Assembly (NCBI GenBank): GCA_965217865.1
Contig: CBDCJO010000001.1
Span: forward strand, 552,972-616,971
Source: Candidatus Latescibacterota bacterium
GTDB taxonomy: Bacteria; Latescibacterota; UBA2968; SICM01
Length of the DNA: 64,000 bases
Direction: 5' to 3'
Shown: positions 28,445 through 37,750 of the stretch, one piece after another
Layout of the letters: the number at the start of each line of letters is the position of its first letter
Position numbering within the stretch: position 1 is the first letter of the stretch
Position numbers and translations under genes: made by a program
The notes under the pieces: generated by a model
The model's database searches: none
Told to the model about the DNA's origin: nothing
The model's input: the letters and a program-made list of their open reading frames with translations, nothing else

Positions 28445-29725
28445 GAGCGTGCCGAATGTTTGTTATCTCCCCGATCCGTTCGCTGTGGGAGGAGGATCGG
28501 CATGCCCAACAGGAAGTACATCGTCCGTCCAAGTTGCGATGAGCGGAAGCACTTGCAGGATCTGGTAAGCAAAGGCCGGACACAGGCCTACCGGATCCGA
28601 CACGCACACATTCTGATGAAGGCCGACGCGGATGGCCCTTGCTGGGGCGACGAAGCCATCGCCCAAGCGTTTTCGTGCCACAGACGCACCGCGGAAGGCA
28701 TTCGCAAGCGCTTTGTGGTCCAAGGGCTCGACGCAGCCCTTGAGCGGAAGAAGCGGGAACGACCGCCCATCGAACCGATTCTGGACGGCGAAAAGGAAGC
28801 TCGCTTGATCGCCCTGGCCTGCAGCCAGCCGCCGAAAGGTCGTAGCCGCTGGACGCTGGAGTTGCTCGCTGACAAGCTGGTTGAACTCAACATCGTCGAG
28901 AGCATCTCCTATCGGACCGTGCAACGGGCGCTCAAAAAAACGAACTCAAGCCCCATCTGAAAACGTGCTGGGTGATTCCGCCCAGGGAAAACGCCGCATT
29001 CGTAGCTTGCATGGAGAATCTTCTGGATCTGTATCACCGGCCCTATGATCCGGAAAGGCCGCTTTTGGCCATGGACGAACACCCCGTGCAGTTGACCGGA
29101 GAGACACGCATCCCGGTCCCGGAAAAACCGGGGCATCCCCGACGTCACGACTATGAGTATGAGCGTAACGGCACAGCCGCGAATTTCTTGTTCCTCGAGC
29201 CCCTGACCGGACGTCGGAAGGTCCACGTCCGGGAACGCAGGACCGCCGTAGACTGGGCTTACGAGATCCAGGAACTGCTTGAGGTGGACTACCCGGATGC
29301 GCAAGTCGTGGTGCTGGTCTGCGACAACCTCAGCACTCACACCATCGCATCTCTCTACAAGGCCTTCCCACCCGAAAAGGCCCGTTCTCTAGCCAAACGC
29401 CTCGAATTGCACTACACGCCCAAGCACGGTAGCTGGCTCAATATCGCCGAGATCGAACTGAGCGTCCTTGCCAGACAATGCCTGCACAGCCGCATTCCTG
29501 ACCTGCAGACCCTCACCAACGAAGTGGAGGCCTGGAAATGTGATCGAAACGAGAAACACAGAACCCTTGATTGGCAGTTCACGACCACCGACGCCCGCAT
29601 CAAACTGAAGAAGCTATATCCCAAGTTTTAGGTGTCATGGTGTACTAGGTAGAGGGAGGAACCCCGGACAGGCGATTTCACAAAGTCAGTCACTAAACAC
29701 TTTCGGATTAGCAGATAAGGGCTTG
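28445..29725 (+). mobile_element. IS630-family insertion sequence
   Basis: Two-frame transposase plus imperfect terminal inverted repeats (..GCCGAATGTTTGTTA.. near 28455-28475, reverse complement ..TCCGAAAGTGTTTAGT.. near 29700-29722). Ends are approximate. Confidence 0.75.
28502..29631 (+). CDS. IS630-family transposase (OrfA-OrfB via -1 frameshift)
   Basis: OrfA spans 28502-28960 (HTH). The OrfB frame runs to 29631 (DDE: DEHPVQ, CDNLSTH, SWLNIAE). A -1 slip on the A7 run 28934-28940 yields ...RALKKNELKPHLKTCWVIPP..., the usual IS630 junction. Confidence 0.85.
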
Positions 29726-29812
29726 AAGGTATGGGGGGTGTCGTTGGAAACCCGGCAATGATTGAGGTTTCAGAACACAGAGCACTTATAGAGGGGAGAG
29801 GTCATCGCGTAC

Positions 29813-30040
29813 TTGTTGCCTGATGTCATCAATTCCGCAGGTCTGGCTCTTGATATTGTCGCCGTTATCCTTTTGTTTTTCTATGGCTTGCCGGCGGAAG
29901 TTAGGAAGGAACAGATGATGACCTGGGGCGAGGATGCTGAGCAGGTGAGGAAGTGGAACCGCAACAAGAAAATTTCCCGCTTGGCACTCGCTCTTCTTGT
30001 TTTCGGCTTTTTGCTTCAACTCGTTAGTAACTGGATGTGA
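29813..30040 (+). CDS. hypothetical small membrane protein (2 predicted TM helices)
   Basis: 75 aa with two hydrophobic stretches (LALDIVAVILLFFYGL; LALALLVFGFLLQLV). No family recognised. Confidence 0.4.
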   Translation: MLPDVINSAGLALDIVAVILLFFYGLPAEVRKEQMMTWGEDAEQVRKWNRNKKISRLALALLVFGFLLQLVSNWM

Positions 30041-30082
30041 GACTTATGGGAATTGTATACATAAGTTAACCTCAATTCGCAA

Positions 30083-30724
30083 TTATTTTTCCTTTCGGTA
30101 AGGCCGCGTCCCACCGTTGGGAGAGCAAAGCGTTCTTATCACGATCTTCCAGACAATACGCATACGCTGCCGGGAGTACATCCGTACGTCATTCGCCAAC
30201 CGTTCCGGCGACGACCGTGCGCGTTCCCAAACGTCCCGGATGTAAGCCAGCGCTTGGTTGCCCGTAGTCGTGTCCGGGAACTCGCGAGGAAAATCGGAGC
30301 GTTCCAACTCCGTCCGAAGCGATTCATTGATGCAATCCAGCGGCACGATCCAACCGCCGAGGGAGCCTCGAAGACGCCCCCCGACCCGCTGGACGATCCG
30401 ATCGAGCGGGACACGTCCGCTGTCGCTCGACTGCACGGTGAGATTCTGTATTGCCTGTTCAAAATAATACCGGTCCTCGTCCGTTATTATCTGTTCGCGG
30501 CACTCGCGAAGAAGCTGTGCAAGATCCTCCGCATCGAGCCGGGAGCCCGACGCCAAGAGTCTACGGAGCGGAGTGGCTTCTGGAATCGCCGAGCCGAGAA
30601 CCATCCCTTCCTGCTCAAGCACGGACAGGAGGTTAGATGACAGTTGCGCCACGGGCTCCGGGGACCGCTGTTCGAGAATGCGGTCGTGGTGGAGGTCCTC
30701 AAGCGTCGTTTCAATCGGGAGCAC
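30083..30724 (-). CDS. hypothetical protein (213 aa)
   Basis: Long ORF divergent from the helicase fragment. No motif recognised. Confidence 0.4.
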   Translation of the reverse strand: MLPIETTLEDLHHDRILEQRSPEPVAQLSSNLLSVLEQEGMVLGSAIPEATPLRRLLASGSRLDAEDLAQLLRECREQIITDEDRYYFEQAIQNLTVQSSDSGRVPLDRIVQRVGGRLRGSLGGWIVPLDCINESLRTELERSDFPREFPDTTTGNQALAYIRDVWERARSSPERLANDVRMYSRQRMRIVWKIVIRTLCSPNGGTRPYRKEK

Positions 30725-30810
30725 CGATCCAATCTGTCCTTTTTTCGCGACACCCGGGGGTTGGAGTGTGACCTCCTGTATGCGAACGGCGAGCGAGGGG
30801 AGGGTGCCTG

Positions 30811-31290
30811 ATGGACGTCTTCGCTTTCCGAGAAGAGCTTGTATCCGAATACGAACGCTTTTCTCGAAGCTTCACCAGAATCCGCGCGGCAGACATCCTC
30901 CAGGCCGTCGACGAGGCTTACGCGGGCGGCCGTTTTTGGCCCGCCCCGCTCATCCAGTTGAACCCGAACTTCGTGCCGGGAGGGTCCATCGACGACCTTG
31001 TGTCACACGGCACCCTCGACCCGGAATGCGGAAAGATCTTCCGGATCAAGAAACCAACCGACACCTTCGGCAAACAACTCGTACTGCACCAGCATCAGAC
31101 CGAAGCCATCGACATCGCGCGGCGAGGCGAGAGCCATGTGCTGACGACGGGTACAGGTTCCGGCAAGTCGCTCAGTTATTTCATCCCCATCATCGACGAC
31201 GTGTTGCGGCGCAAGAAGTCCGGTGACCCCTGTCCGGGCATCTCTGCAATCGTCGTGTATCCAATGAACCCTCTGTGCAACAGCCAACTC
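30811..31290 (+). pseudogene. DEAD/DEAH-box (DUF1998-associated type) helicase, N-terminal fragment
   Basis: ...WPAPLIQLNPNF..., LHQHQTEAI, Walker A TTGTGSGKS, VVYPMNPLCNSQ. Reading stops after ~160 aa, before motif II. Confidence 0.75.
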
Positions 31291-31329
31291 GACAGATCCA
31301 CTCGAAACCCTTGATCGAGCGCTGCTATC

Positions 31330-31930
31330 GCGAGTTCCTGCTCTGCACCGCGGCGCGCGCCAACTCGAGGCTTTCGCGGAGGTGCTCTCCGTGGTCGACG
31401 TCGACCAGTTCTACGGCATTGAGCTTGGTGAGTTCCCCACCCGCATCGCGGAAACAGCGATGTGGATGATGGACCACATCATGAACAACAGGCTCAGCCT
31501 GGAGTTCGGTCAGACCTATGCGCGCATCTCTCTGGAGAAGTCACCTCATATCGTCCATGGCGATGCGCTGGATACCGACTGGTCGGACTTGCTGCCGCCG
31601 GAGAAGTGTTCCTTCGTGTTTGGCAATCCACCCTTTCGTTGGCGCGAAATATCAGTTGGCTGAACAACGCGCACAAGTGCGCCGCATCGCAGCATTGGGG
31701 AAGTCTGGCGGCACGCTGGACTATGTGACCGCGTGGTTCATCAAGGCAGGTGGGTATCTCCGGAAAGGCCGCACGCGTATCGGTTTCGTCGCCACCAATT
31801 CGATCACTCAAGGCGAACAGGTTGGGCAACTCTGGCCGATCCTGTTCGACCGTTGCAAGTTGGAGATCGCCTTCGCGCACCGCACCTTTGCCTGGGGATC
31901 GGACGCACGTGGCAAGGCACACGTGCATGT
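31330..31930 (+). pseudogene. N6-adenine DNA methyltransferase (MmeI/YeeA-like class) internal fragment, frameshifted
   Basis: FYGIELGEFPTRIAETAMWMM...FGNPPF (NPPF motif IV). After a shift near 31636 comes LDYVTAWFIKAG...FVATNSITQGEQV...FAHRTFAWGSDARGKAHVHVV. The SAM motif I region is absent, and the fragment is cut at 31930 by the repeat module. Confidence 0.75.
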
Positions 31931-32680
31931 CGTGAAATGCCGGGTCAGCAAATTCTTATAGGCCGGCTCGACTTTCTCGCTGTTCTGAAATTCATGCCAC
32001 TCCGCTACGACCTTGCCTTCCGGAAAGTCCATGAATCCAGGGGCTACACCCATCAGTATCTCCCAGGGCTACTTCTTCGGGTGTCGATCGAAGAACGGCA
32101 GGCAGTTCGCTTGGGGGGACATAAGGACGTCGGGCGTTGTCAGAGGCTGCGATGCTCGAACACCAAGCCGGCATTAAATAAATCACGGTAAAGCATAATA
32201 GAAACCGGAAGATACCTGGGAGATTCCCGGCATTCATCATCGGACTACGGCCTCCTTCCTCAGAACGGAACCGCTTGGCTGAGACACTAAAAAGATCCAC
32301 GTGCCAACCCTCAGAGGAGGATAAAACTCTAATAAGATGCGATTATTCAGGTATCTCTCTGTTCCGGGACAGATAGTTCCACCGCTATCTCTTCCCCATA
32401 CGCTCACTTTGTACCCGACCAGATCAATTCTCGTCGTGTCAATATGAGAAAACAACCTACATCCAGAGCCAGCCCAGCCATGAAATCGTACGCGCATGGT
32501 ATCGGAGACCCTCAAGGGAGATGCAACCGTCAGGCTGTCAACATGGATTTGATAAAACCGACCATCAGGGTCCGGTTTATCCGAGTTAAAAGGGTTAAGG
32601 CCGCAGGACACCATCAGAAAGGTCAATGAGACAAGGACCAGGATTTTTCGTCGCATTACCGATGCTCCTTTCTCCCTCCC
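31931..32680 (-). repeat. duplicated lipoprotein module, copy 1 (paralogous to 48127-48950)
   Basis: Collinear, diverged similarity to 48127-48950, with the same left boundary sequence ATGCCGGGTCAGCAAATTCTTATAGG. Confidence 0.8.
32237..32656 (-). CDS. hypothetical lipoprotein
   Basis: AAGGAG RBS, then MRRKILVLVSLTFLMVSCG (lipobox LMVSC). Paralogue at 48429-48926. Confidence 0.6.
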   Translation of the reverse strand: MRRKILVLVSLTFLMVSCGLNPFNSDKPDPDGRFYQIHVDSLTVASPLRVSDTMRVRFHGWAGSGCRLFSHIDTTRIDLVGYKVSVWGRDSGGTICPGTERYLNNRILLEFYPPLRVGTWIFLVSQPSGSVLRKEAVVR

Positions 32681-32843
32681 TCGGGATGGGTGGGGAGATG
32701 CGGTGGTCCTCGACCAAGCGGACCTGCTAGACGAGTTCCAACCCGCTCCCCTCACCGAAGCAAGGGGAGATCCGGGAATAAGGGTCGAAACCTTTGAAAT
32801 GTTACTGTTTCAATCCGCTCCCCTCACCGAAGCAAGGGCCGCT
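32663..32843 (-). CRISPR. CRISPR remnant, repeat type X (37 nt), left block
   Basis: Degenerate repeat at 32663-32699, full repeat at 32735-32771, and a repeat at 32807-32843 whose last 5 nt are replaced. Spacers are 35 nt each. On the minus strand the repeat reads ATCTCCCCTTGCTTCGGTGAGGGGAGCGGATTGAAAC (7-bp stem, ATTGAAAC 3' end). Confidence 0.6.
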
Positions 32844-32845
32844 TT

Positions 32846-33838
32846 CTAGTGCTCAACGCCTTGCGGCATCTGATAGGTAATCACCCGGCTCCAGGGCGCT
32901 CTCGATATCGGCCTGGGGAAGTGCTCAACGCCTTGCGGCATCTGATAGGTAATCACGGTTTTCTTTGCGGCCTTTCGAGCGCGTTGCGTGGGGTCAAGCG
33001 CCGTCAACCCGGTAGGCGCATCGAGTGGGTCAGTCGTACCAGCATCGCGATCCAGACAATGGACCTCAAGGACCGCCATTGGCCACGCGGCGGCCAGTGC
33101 AAACGCGAGGTAGTACGGCTCATTGAGGCGAACGACAAGCACGAACCCGAATCCGGTTGAATGCTGCTCGACTGGGTGGCCACTCGCTTCCTGCAAGGCT
33201 GCTGCAAGATGAGCAAGCGTCCTTTCCCGCGTTGTACTGTCAACATCTTGAGCGGAATTAAGAGCCGGTATCGAATCATCGGTTCCGATCCGGACTCGTT
33301 GCATAGGGACCTTCTCCCACGCGAAGAGTTCTTGGTCAGGTAACACTCTGCTCGCAAGGAGCGCTTGCCGGATAGGGCTTAATCCTGGAAGGATCTTAAC
33401 CTGTAGTGGAAAAGGGCCGCTGTCTTCGCTTGAAAGGTCATAGATCCACGGGTGGATTCGGATGAGCGATTCGCCATGGCTATCTTCGAGGGTGACGATT
33501 ATCTCGGACATCGCGGGAAACTGATTGCGGTCCGCAATGCTGACGATTCGCCGTTTGTCTCCACCGCTCGGCGAAGCCAACCCCAAGCGATGGTGAGAAT
33601 GCCAGTCACCGAAATAGCGCAGTCCCCAATCGGCTGCAAGCCTTTCACTGAGCCCTCTCAGATATTCAACGTCAAGCCGAAAGTGTGCGTGATCACGTTG
33701 CGCCTTCGGTCCAGCCTTCGTCGCAAGGTAGATTGTTGGCAGATCGTGCCACCGACCGAATAGATCCCCTCCCGTCTCGACACTCGACAGACCAAGCCGA
33801 AGCTTCAGATGCGATTGCGCACAGTTCAGATTCCCACG
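32846..33838 (-). pseudogene. JAB/MPN (JAMM-like) metalloprotease with ~170-aa C-terminal domain; 5' end missing, 3' end runs into repeat Y
   Basis: Open frame of 330 codons: ...SSVETGGDLFG... (JAMM Glu) and GDWHSHHRLGLASPSGGD (HxH...S..D). There is no ATG/GTG/TTG upstream of the catalytic residues; the first is the TTG at 33586 used by the track. Confidence 0.65.
32849..32956 (-). CRISPR. mini-array of a second repeat type Y (36 nt x2, one 36-nt spacer)
   Basis: Identical GTGCTCAACGCCTTGCGGCATCTGATAGGTAATCAC at 32849-32884 and 32921-32956. On the minus strand it reads GTGATTACC...GGCGTTGAGCAC. It also lies in-frame at the 3' end of the JAB ORF, so a coding repeat is an alternative. Confidence 0.45.
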
Positions 33839-33899
33839 TCACAAGGAAGCCTCGCGGGGTCTGGGGTTGTGAGCGCCGCTTTATCAGCCGGGTCAGGCG

Positions 33900-33991
33900 C
33901 CGGAGCAAGGGGAGATTTCGGATGGCCATATCTGATAGGGTTGAGTATTTGAAAGTTTCAATCCGCTCCCCTCACCGAAGCAAGGGGAGAT
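33900..33991 (-). CRISPR. CRISPR remnant, repeat type X, right block
   Basis: A 17-nt 3' repeat fragment at 33900-33916 (1 mismatch), a 38-nt spacer, and a full repeat at 33955-33991. Confidence 0.6.
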
Positions 33992-34093
33992 TTCATCAGC
34001 CCCCAGCTGATCTGGGCGCACGTCCGGGACACCGTCGCCGTCAGGGTCCCCAAGCTCCTCACCGTTGGTGGCCCCGTCTCCGTCGGAGTCCAG
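33992..34093 (-). pseudogene. secreted thrombospondin-type-3-repeat protein, downstream part (interrupted by IS3 copy 1)
   Basis: The minus frame reads DSDGDGATNGEELGDPDGDGVPDV.... It joins in-frame to 35659-35902 once the IS and one CCAG duplication are removed. The 3' end abuts CRISPR repeat X. Confidence 0.6.
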
Positions 34094-35658
34094 TATCTTT
34101 TGTCTGAGATCGCCCGAAAAAACGGGGGCAAGGTCGAAGCAAGATCCTGGTTGCCTGTAGGGTTGAGAAGGGATACATATTTTGGGATATCCCTGACCTC
34201 ACAGGAGGAGTAAAGATGGAGCAACTGTCCTCAAACAGTGACCCGGTCAAGAAGCGCAGGAGCTTGTCCCCGGAACAGAAGTATGAGATTTTCCTTGAAG
34301 CCAGCCGGGGAGATGTTCCCATTGCACAGGTGCTGCGGAAATGGGGCATTCATTCCTCGGATCTAAAGCGTATTCGTGAGTCGGTCAAGTCCGGGGCCCT
34401 CAAGGAGTTCAAGGGTCGCCGGAGCCGCAAGCCGATGGTATCGGCTGAGGAGGTGGAGCAGCTGCGCAAAGAGCGGGCACGCCTGGAGCAAACGATCATT
34501 GAGCAATCTGTGGAACTTTCCCTGCTAAAAAAAAGTGTGAATGGGATCTGACAGGCCCGATCAAGGGCCACCGGGTGCAAGCTGAGGTCAAACGCGAGAT
34601 CCTCTTAATGGTCCATCGGGCCAAGGAGAAAGGGGTGAAACTCACCCGTTCTTGCGAGATCCTACAGCTTCCCCTCCAGCGGTATTGTGCCTGGAGCCGG
34701 CGAGATCGAGAAGAGAAGCTGGATGGGGTGTCGGACCCGCTTTTGGATGGGAAGCCCGGGCCCGCCCCTGATGAGGCCCCACACGGATTGCTGAGGGAGG
34801 AGAAAGAGCAAATCCCGGCCCTCTTAAGGGATGAGACCTATGCCGATCTGCCTCCCCATCAGCTGGCGGTGGTAGCCTCAGAGAAGGGGGTAGTGCAGGC
34901 CTCGGCCTCCAGCTTCTACCGACAGGCCAGGAAAGAACGTCTGGCACGCAGGAAACAGGTGAGGACGCCGGTCAAGCAGAGCAAGCCCCAGGTCAAACCT
35001 GAAGGTCCTAATCAGGTCTGGAGCTGGGACCTGACCTACATCCCATTTTTCGGTTTGTTCCTGTATTTTACCGCCATTCTCGACGTGTATTCCAGGAAGA
35101 TCGTAGGATGGAAGCTCTCCTTCAACGCGACCGTGGAGCAGGTCAAACAGGCCTGGGATCAAGCCCTTGCCAACGAAGGACTGCTGGACCTGGACACTGG
35201 GCCCATAAGCTTGACAGCCCTCTCAGATCACGGATCTCAGATGAAGGCCAAATCGATGGCCCAATTCTTCAAGGACCTGGGCATCTCGCAGCTGTTTGCC
35301 CGATATCAAACACCCACGGACAACGCCTGGATCGAAGCCTTTTTCCGGACATTCAAATACGACTGGCTGCGCTTCCAGGACATCTTCACATTCCATCAAC
35401 TGGAAGGCCTGATTGATTCCTTCATTCACAGCTACAACGCCGAACGCTATCACGGGGCAATACAGTATGTCACGCCTCTTCAGAGGCATAAAGGCCAGCA
35501 TCAAAAGATTCTTCACCACCGACAAGGTCGAAAGGAGGAGGCTCGGCAGCGCCGCATAGAAATCAATCGGCAAAGAACATCCCAGACCATCCACAAGGCT
35601 GCCTGAATCTTGCTTGGACCTTTATCTGCTTTTCTCTTGTTATCTCAGAATAGATACA
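34094..35658 (+). mobile_element. IS3-family insertion sequence, copy 1 (1565 bp)
   Basis: OrfA/OrfB pair. Imperfect terminal inverted repeats (TATCTTTTGTCTGAGAT / reverse complement TGTATCTATTCTGAGAT). Flanking CCAG direct repeat (34090-34093, 35659-35662). Near-identical inverted copy at 45523-47087. Confidence 0.9.
34216..35606 (+). CDS. IS3-family transposase OrfAB (-1 programmed frameshift)
   Basis: OrfA 34216-34551 (HTH and leucine-zipper-like). A8 slippery run at 34527-34534. The -1 frame continues ...KKKCEWDLTGPIKGHRVQAEVKREI... into the rve/DDE domain (WSWDLTYI, SDHGSQ, DNAWIEAFF) and ends at 35606. Confidence 0.9.
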
Positions 35659-35902
35659 CCAGGGCGGCCAGACCGGCGTTCCAGTTGACCGTGGCCGACG
35701 CCCCCATGCCGTTCAGAAAACCGCTTTCGACCACCGATCCGAAGATGTTGCGGGCTCCACCTCCGGCCGGGTTGACGTGGTAGTTGGCACAGCTGGAAAC
35801 GCTGCCGTTCGGGATCTGAGAAGGACGGCCGGGCCTGGAAAAAGCGTCGGACGTGAGTGCCATGAACAGCAGCGCAAATGAAATTGGAACCAGACGTTTC
35901 AT
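35659..35902 (-). pseudogene. secreted thrombospondin-type-3-repeat protein, N-terminal part
   Basis: MKRLVPISFALLFMALTSDAF signal peptide, then ...GSVSSCANYHVNPAGGGARNIFG... (CxxCH-like site reading CANYH). Interrupted at 35658 by IS3. Confidence 0.6.
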
Positions 35903-36711
35903 TTTGAACTCCCCGAAGTTACTTGTCACGAGTAGGCGGGATCGATGGGCTGCGTACGGGCTGTCGCGAACGCATTTCGATCTCTGTCCGTTGTACCGGA
36001 GTGGATTTGGCGTGTGCGTCTGTTGGAAATCCGTATTCGATCAAGGCCGCTTCCCCGGTTCGAACTTGGGCGGGAGATGACGCGATACCGGCCCGGCCTT
36101 CTTCAGCAGCCGTCTTCGACCAATCTCTCTTCAAGGGAAACCAGACAAACACGATAAACCATATATGAGAATTGGCGTATCCGGTCAACTCTTGAATCCC
36201 GTGTAGCCAATGAATCCGTTTCAAAGTCCGCTATGTGTTTCTGGGGCCGGTGCCCGGACCCATCGGGTCCGGCTTCCAGTGTGAATACGTACCGAAGAAC
36301 GTTCCGAAACATCGATGCCTCTGGCCAAGGGTATGAAGAGCATATAACAAATCAGGGGAAAGGTCAAGTCCTAAGCGCCTGATCTTCGCCGACGACTTTG
36401 GAAAAAAGCCTTCCTTAAAGGAGATTCAACCAATGGACCGCGAAATGCCTACTCTAACCTGTTCCGAAGTTCCCAACAATTTCGTCCAGGTCATAGGCTG
36501 TCACCTATCGACCTCTCGAGGATCGAAGGGGCCAACCAAGACATGGACGCCTGGAGGGTGCGGGAATCAGTCGACTTTTTGTCACTGGCCTCAGGTCGGC
36601 GTGACGGCGAAGCCGGGGCGATTTCTGGAGTTTTTGGAGATCCTGAAAAGGCCGGGGCGAAGCTCAATGTCTCGAATCTGGCCGTCATCCAACGGGCCGC
36701 GACCGCTTCTG

Positions 36712-36766
36712 ATCGCTTGGATCTGAAGCTTCCCTGGTTGACAGCTTCCGGCCAAACGGCTATATT
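36712..36766 (+). promoter_or_regulatory. repeated sigma70-like promoter block, copy A
   Basis: TTGACA (36738-36743) - 17 nt - TATATT (36761-36766), followed by GGAGGAGGGGG and an ATG at 36841. About 55 bp are shared with 39899-39953. Confidence 0.4.
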
Positions 36767-36890
36767 ACTGTATTCTGGAGGAGGGGGAGAGGGGATTCGA
36801 TCGAAATTTGAGGAACAACCCCAGCAAAGTAGATTGCCCATGCACCGGAGCCCACGATGCGGTGCCAGGACGAGAAGCGGGATGCCGTGC

Positions 36891-36993
36891 GCAAGCTACG
36901 AATGCGGCGTTTTCCTTGGGCGGAATCACCCAGCACGTTTTCAGATGGGGCTTGAGTTCGTTTTTTTGAGCGCCCGTTGCACGGTCCGATAGG
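36891..36993 (-). mobile_element. 103-bp IS630 fragment
   Basis: Reverse complement of about 28908-29010 of the IS630 copy, with one mismatch seen. Includes the A7/T7 slippery run. Confidence 0.75.
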
Positions 36994-37025
36994 CGCAGAC
37001 CCCGGCCAGCCGAGCAACATCCTTC

Positions 37026-37695
37026 TCAATGGTTTCGATTGTAGTAAATTATGGCCCCTTCGATCTCCTCGCGACCTACGGAAGGCCAATAGGGATCGAC
37101 AATACAAAAGTCAGCATATGCCGATTGCCATAGTAGAAAGTTGCTTATTCGATTGTCACCACCTGTTCGGATCACCAAATCCACATCGGGCAATCCCGCG
37201 GTGTACAGGTTTTCTGCAATCGTGTCCTCGGTAATCTGTTCTGGTGGAAATCCCTGGGCGGTTAGCTTCCTGACTACATCCAGAAGCTCGGCCTTACTCC
37301 CATAGTTGAAGACGAAATTCAAAATATTCGGGCCCGTTATCTTGGGTCAGTTTGACTGCATTATCGAGGACACGAAGGGTTGCGTTTGACAGATTTTGCC
37401 TGCTCCCACTGTGCACGATTCGGACGTTTTTTGAGTGCAGTTCCTCGGCGAATTTGGGTCCCAGGGTCCTGATGAAAAACATCAGTTTATCGACTTCATT
37501 CTCGGGTCGACTCCAATTCTCGCTTGACCATCCGTAAACTGATACGACTTCAACACCAAGATCATAGCAAATATCGAGGACTTCCCGAATGTGTTCGAGG
37601 CCGGCTCTGTGTCCGTCACTTCGGGATAATCCGCGTTCAGCGGCCCAACGGCCATTTCCGTCCATGATGAAACCGATGTGCTTTGGAGTTACCAC
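37026..37695 (-). pseudogene. uppS: isoprenyl transferase (undecaprenyl-diphosphate synthase) with frameshift
   Basis: HIGFIMDGNGRWA...HRAG... in ORF 37294-37695, then NFVFNYGSKAEL...DLVIRTGGDNRISNFLLWQSAYA in ORF 37026-37322. Frames switch near 37310-37325. AT-rich region. Confidence 0.75.
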
Positions 37696-37750
37696 TTCAG
37701 ACTCACTCAGTTGGAGGGGTCCAATGTCGGCAGACGAAACAAGGCGGGGC

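Noticed and set aside
28463-29340. Minus-strand ORFs (153, 105 and 143 aa) inside the IS630 element.
   Set aside because: They are antisense to a transposase with clear HTH and DDE motifs. One reappears at 36543-36992 only because a 103-bp IS630 scrap is duplicated there.
30811-31290. Helicase fragment near the CRISPR remnants as a possible cas3.
   Set aside because: No HD nuclease motifs are present. The N-terminal signature (WPxPLIQLNPNF, YPMNxLxNSQ) is that of DUF1998-associated DEAD-box helicases. It is separated from the repeats by unrelated fragments.
32846-33586. Track ORF of 246 aa starting at TTG 33586.
   Set aside because: The same frame is open 252 nt further upstream and there encodes the JAMM Glu and HxH motifs. 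The TTG start would delete the catalytic core, so the locus is better described as a 5'-truncated JAB pseudogene.
36783-36808. GGGGATTCGATCG (also at ~48066) looked like a tRNA T-arm.
   Set aside because: No complementary TCCCC stem follows, and there is no acceptor stem or anticodon arm around it. It is part of a dispersed 22-nt repeat instead.
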